A stretch of 64,000 bases of DNA from Octopus vulgaris (lineage: Eukaryota): contig OX597816.1 in assembly GCA_951406725.2 (NCBI GenBank), positions 32,488,001 through 32,552,000 on the forward strand. Reading direction: 5' to 3'. Each line of letters begins with the position of its first letter. Within the stretch, counting starts at the first letter, position 1. A model generated the notes under the pieces. The model was not told the origin of the DNA. It saw only the letters and a program-made list of their open reading frames with translations, and did not search any database. The position numbers and the translations under genes are program-made. Below are positions 58,347 through 64,000 of the stretch, piece after piece.

Positions 58347-60146
58347 CATACACACACGCATATATATATAGTACATATGCGCAATATATGAGTTATGCGT
58401 ATACAAACGTAGTGTTGGTTTTTTCTATATATATAAATATATTCGTTGATTTCCTATAAATAAGCTGAATTTATAGAATACACCGCAGATTAAAAAAAAA
58501 GATTTAATTTAAATCAGACATTGGAATTATAAAGATTTTGTTCTATTTATTCATATCAAATATTGTAATTTAGATTGTAAACGTATTTAGTAGGTACACC
58601 AGGATTTGGCTTAGAAGCCTCGTTGGTTCATTAAGATACGATTATACTGCAGTAAATAACATATTTAAAGCGAAGCAGCGATATACACATACACATAAAT
58701 AACACGTCAAATAATACGTACTTTTGTGTACTTACCAATAGTATATATGCATGTGGGCGTGCGTGTGAGCGTCGAGGAACACACACACACATCCGCACAC
58801 AACGCTAGTCGTAGAGTCAAGAAGAAAAAGAGACGGCCTAATGTATTTATACGACTATATTGATGTTGAACAAGTTTCATCGAGACTAGTAATCAGGTAA
58901 TTTTGACCATCGAAACAAATTGTCTTATTTAGTAGTGAATATATATCAAGCTAAACAGCAAACATATATGAAATTAAATCAATATATGATAGTGAAAACT
59001 CTCTATAATTTAGAAACCTTTGATGTAAGAGGCAGATGGCTGTATATGCAGGAGTGGGTATACAATGATAGAGAATTAGCTAATTAGATATATCTATATT
59101 TGATCATTACACTCACTGTCTGGCTAATATTGGCTCGCATAAACACATAATCAGTTATTTAGCTATTTAGTTCTTTGGTTATTTCTAAGAATCGCTAGTT
59201 CTAAGCATTCTGCAACACCACTCTCATGGTATTGTGTGTTGTTTACTGCTTCTAGATATAGATTACTGTGTTATGTATTGTGTGTTAATAAGTGGACTTG
59301 GTCAATGGCCGAGATTCTCAATATATTTTATTATGATTATTTACCAGGTGAAAATGTCTAGTTTGGCAAATGGGAGAGGCATTTAGCTTTTTTTGCTATT
59401 AAAAAGTCATGGCATACCTAGATGTAGAACTAATTTCATAAAGAAAGGAATAATAGGTCGCCTCCAATGGCTATATTTTAAATGACTATGCATTCAAAAT
59501 TTCATATTTATTATTCATTCTATGGTAATCTGTACAGCTTCGTAAATTACTGTGCAAGATATTTCTAACGTCTATATGTCTGTGGGAGATAGAGGTGCGT
59601 GCGTAGGTATGTGTGTGCGTGTTTGTGTGTCAGTGTGTAGGCATTTCTCTCGCTCTATCACTCTGTATATATATATATATATATCTATATATCTATAACA
59701 TTCGCAGGCTGCAATAGGCAGTATATAGGCCATACAAAAAATAGCTTACGTAACAGGATGGCGGTGCATAAATCACAAATTAGAAACCCTGATTACCGCA
59801 AAATACCGGTCAGCGGACACATAGATAGATGTGCTGGAAATGTAAATCCGAAATTTACAACTAACCCGCTCTATAAATTCAGTGACAACGCAACCTTCAC
59901 ACAACGCCAAAATAAAGAACTATATTTCATAAAAAAATTTAGACCAAGTTTAAACACCCTGGGCCAAGAATACTAAAACAAAAGATAAGTCCTCCGAAAA
60001 GGAGAAGCAAAATTCCACCACGGCCGATACTTTAAACAGACACTCGCTCTGACGGAAATATGCCTTAGTAAAAAAGGGAAAAAAATTCTTTCGTGCAAAT
60101 CTGACCCTGATACATACGATACAGCTAAGGGTCAGACCCGATTCTG

Positions 60147-60517
60147 ATTGGTCAACAAGTTGATGACGTCTAGCTCTGCTAGAATGGACAGGATACAAAC
60201 ATGGGACAGTCATTAGTCAGAATATTGATGACGTCCTTTTCTGCTTGACTAGTCACCTAACAAGTACAGACAGGGGGCAGATCTAATGTAGCTATAAGTC
60301 GTGATTGGGCAGAATCTGGATGACGTCCCGTTCTGCTTGAATAACGAAGCGACTGGTCAAAACAGGAAACAAACAAGAGGCAGTTATAATGCAGCGATTG
60401 GTCAAAATAATGATGACGTCCCGTTCTGCTTGACTAAAGCCACCTAACGAAACGATTGGTCAAAACGTTGATGACGTCACGCTACGCTGGATTGACCACC
60501 TAACAGGCATTATAAAA
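60147..60517 (+). promoter_or_regulatory. Five ATTGG-N12-TGACGTC (CCAAT box + CRE) modules followed by a TATA box
   Basis: ATTGG at 60147, 60212 (ATTAG), 60304, 60397, 60455; TGACGTC at 60164, 60229, 60321, 60414, 60472; TATAAAA at 60511-60517. Confidence 0.7.
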
Positions 60518-60855
60518 CCGAGCACTTCACAAAACCCACTAGAACCACCCAGCGAACATCCACCATGGGTCATCACAATTGCTTAAGGTAAAAATGAATT
60601 CCTCGCTCTTTCGGAAACATCAATCTTCTGTATTGACCGCTTTCCACCATTTTGATCTGTTTTTTGTATTGAATACGTATCGCCACCGTGGGCCACTGCA
60701 TCGAACACTTTGAACATATACTTCAAACTATATATCAACTATACATGAACTATATATCCACTATATATGAACCCTAAGATGTCTGACTCCGTTGTGTATT
60801 ATAAATGAATTTCTTGTGTTTGACGGCATGAGCTGTCTTTTTATATATATAACTT

Positions 60856-60896
60856 TTTTTGATAAGGTTCATTTCAGGAACTGAAACATGTTATAA
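60856..60896 (+). ncRNA. Hammerhead-like motif with U3:A8 core variant and weak stem I
   Basis: UUGAUAA-GGUUC auuucag GAACU-GAAAC-AU-GUU. Confidence 0.5.
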
Positions 60897-60956
60897 TGTA
60901 TATATAAAAATTAAAAATTGTATAATACAGCAGCATTTTCGAACTTCATTTTTTAC

Positions 60957-61024
<68 letters not shown>

Positions 61025-62592
61025 GGGTGTATGTATGTATATGTATATACATTCCATCCTTTTATACTTTTAATCATTTGGATGCGGCTGTGCTGGAGCA
61101 CTACTTTTAGTCGAACATATCGACCCAAAGATGTATTCTTTGTAAGCTTAATACTTATCCTATCAGCCTCTTGTACCGAGTTGCTATGTTACGCGCCCTT
61201 CTTATTTATTTTATCACATTCTTAACTTAAGTATTTACAATTTATTAACTTATAATTAATTTAATTTCGGTTATTTACTTATATACAATTGTATTAGTAA
61301 GTCCCCCATTGATATTATTTAATGCCAAATATTGTTAATTATTACATTTGTTATCTATGTGTCCACGGTTGCTTAAAAGTATATTTATATATAAGTACTT
61401 TGAATGTTTTCTCGCGAGCCACATATGAAAATAGACGGTGCGTTTGTGTACATCTGCTGCTACACATGAGTATGTATATTTGAGTGTAATTCTATTAGTT
61501 CGTAGGTTAGGTTCCTTGAAGGATAAATATTACTATTATAATTGGCACTGAATTTATTACGTAGTAAAGATATATATTTATACTATAAAAAATTAATCTA
61601 TACTTTATAACTTAGCGTACATGCGATTATAGCAAATTACGGTGAAATCAGTAAACGTTATGTTGACTACAGAAAAAGCGGTGTCCATGCTGCGTGTACC
61701 CTGCGAAAATAACATTCGATGTCATGATATATAAATATATGTATCTTTATAACAAATATTTTATGGAAATATGTGAGTGGATCTATTTGGTTAATTTAGT
61801 GGCATGGTTGTCGTTTTGAGAGGCTGGATGGCTGCATAGCTAGGATTATACCTCTTTTATTATTTATTTATTTAGGTGTTTGACGTTGTTTGTGGATATG
61901 TATGTGTATGAGTGTATGTGTGTGTGTATACATATAATTATGTATGTATGTGCGATTGATCTGTGGCTGTGTGTGTGCGTATGTGCGTTTCTTGACTAAC
62001 TAACCGTACAATTTCTTTTGTGATTCAAATTTTAAACTATAAGCCAATCGAATTAATCTAGAATAATCAATATCAAGCGGACAGAATAACCAGACACATA
62101 GATATGTCGATGTCCGATGGATGTACTTGGTACAGACATAATTGTATCTATTATTATTATTATTATTATTAATATTAATAGTAATTTTTATTAACTTTTA
62201 CAGGTTTATAATTTTATGAACTGAACTGTGTTTTTTTATTATTTTTCACGTATAGGTCTTATTTTAATTTAAATGTGAGTGTGCATATATTTTCCTGTGT
62301 GTTAGTTTTAGAACTATTAGCCCAATATGTAGAATAACTGTGCTTATTAATATATATTGATATATATTTTGTTTTATTTTGTTCTGCTTATTTTGTATTA
62401 TTGTATTAATGAGTATATATATGTGTGTGTAGTATTATGGGTGTCTATGCATACGTTTTTATATTTTATATTTTTATATTTATATGATTGATTGATTGAT
62501 TCCAGTTCCAGCCTATGAGCTGTGGCCATGCTGGGGCACCGCCATTTTATATGTATATAAAATTTTTTTTTCACACTTATAATAAATTAAAT

Positions 62593-62703
62593 TCTCTGAA
62601 GAGGCCGTGGGGCATCCTTGTTAATGTCTCATTTATACCTGCCTTATATGGCTTATAGGTTAAATGAGGCATGCTTGCCCTTACTGCCGAAACAGCTGTC
62701 AGA
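62593..62703 (+). ncRNA. Type I hammerhead ribozyme with extended stem II
   Basis: UCU-CUGAAGA-[86-nt rod]-GAAAC-AGCU-GUC-AGA; stem II includes GGC/GCC, GGGCA/UGCCC and a 12-bp AUGUCUCAUUUA/UAAAUGAGGCAU helix. Confidence 0.85.
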
Positions 62704-62883
62704 TATGATATAATTACATATTATATTTTCTATTTTATATTTCTATTTCCTTGTCTAATTATATTTATATATTTTGTATAATGCCTTTACTGTTATGTAA
62801 TGGTGTAATAAAGTATTGATTGGGTATCATCTGATGGTTGATGTTTGATTGATTTAAGTATGTTTCTCCATTTTCTAATTTTG

Positions 62884-62953
<70 letters not shown>

Positions 62954-64000
62954 TTATATGTGTGTGTGTGTATGTATATGCATGTATGTTTGTATGCAGG
63001 TATGTACATATGTACTTATAAATATTTATTTTAATGAACGAATATTTCATTCTAAACATATTCTTCCCCATAGGAGATTTACGTTTTATCATTATAATAT
63101 ATAGATCAATTTTAGAAAATCGCATTTGGCTTGTTAACTGCATTATAGGATGCAATCATCCTACTCACGTAGCTGTTTCTGTTTCAGATTACCTTTCATT
63201 TCTGACCCCAATGATTTTTCTATCAACTGTCACCCACTCAAATTATAGATATCTCAGATGCATATTCTGTTTCTGAACATCTTGAAAAAAGAGAAAGTGG
63301 AAAATTCGTTTATTTCATATCAATACTGTCTTCATTATCAGTAAAAATTAACATATACAAGCAAAAGTTATATCAAGAAACCATCACAGTTTATATATTG
63401 TGTGAACAACATCTAGCAAGAATCCGTTCGAAAATTTTAAATATTAGGCCTAACTATAAAGATTAGGCCTAACTATGCTGCCTAACTCTCTCTCCTAAAT
63501 ATGTTAAGCATTCCCTTAACGTACATGCCTCGGCATTCTAAAGACTGGCCCTCCTCATCAGGCAAGAGAATAACTCATTGCCAACGGTTGCTAACATGCT
63601 AGAAATCTCAGGTGGCATCCATAAAAGAATACTGCTTGTATATATAGGACAATGCAAATGCTGGGGACTATATCCAGACAAAGGCCAATAGGTTGAAACA
63701 CTTTAAATCGCTAATAAAGTCTTACTGATTCTATGACTCTTACACAAAGTCTTCTTTATACACTCGGTATTCACATGTCTTCTCACCTAATGCTATGATC
63801 GCACATGAACCACGACGCACAGTTTTTCACCCGTAGAAAATTCTCCATCAGGAGAAATTTTGGCATATAGTTAATTCTCGTGCTGACTTGCCACAGATTA
63901 AGCATATCGATAACAGAGGCAAGGCACCAGATTGCAATGGAATATAAAATCCGGTAGCACTGCCTCTAACTACAGATTCAACAAGACAAATATGACTAAA

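Larger units (their letters stand above)
59695..60960 (+). mobile_element. Penelope-like element 3' end: GIY-YIG C-terminal part (59695-59976) and pseudo-LTR
   Basis: GCNRQYIGHTKNSLRNRMAVHKSQIR...SGHIDRC...KELYFIKKFRPSLN*; homologous to the 1775-2200 fragment; bounded by (TA)n. Confidence 0.88.

Noticed and set aside
60147-60480. CRISPR-like repeat-spacer array
   Set aside because: Eukaryotic context, degenerate repeats, and spacers related to each other; better read as a tandem cis-element array.

Overview
AT-rich, microsatellite-saturated animal genomic DNA, most likely an octopod cephalopod (inferred from tRNA-Arg-like OR-type SINEs). No intact protein-coding gene is visible, and most track ORFs are simple-repeat artefacts. 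The window holds remnants of Penelope-like elements (two GIY-YIG ends), R4/Dong-type RLE LINEs in (TAA)n arrays, a Tx1/L1-like LINE, RTE/CR1 fragments, two Tc1/mariner fragments and several SINE families. Four signals stand out. (1) At least seven hammerhead-ribozyme motifs: two intact type I hammerheads with unusually long (~80 nt) stem II, and two facing hammerheads inside a near-perfect 314-bp palindrome. (2) A Penelope 3' region carrying five CCAAT-N12-CRE modules, a TATA box and a U3:A8 hammerhead variant. (3) A ~545-bp non-coding element that always sits, oriented, in (TAA)n arrays. (4) Colinear, heavily decayed minus-strand fragments that read as about three receptor guanylyl cyclase pseudogenes. 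All calls come from manual reading; no database searches were run and many boundaries are approximate.
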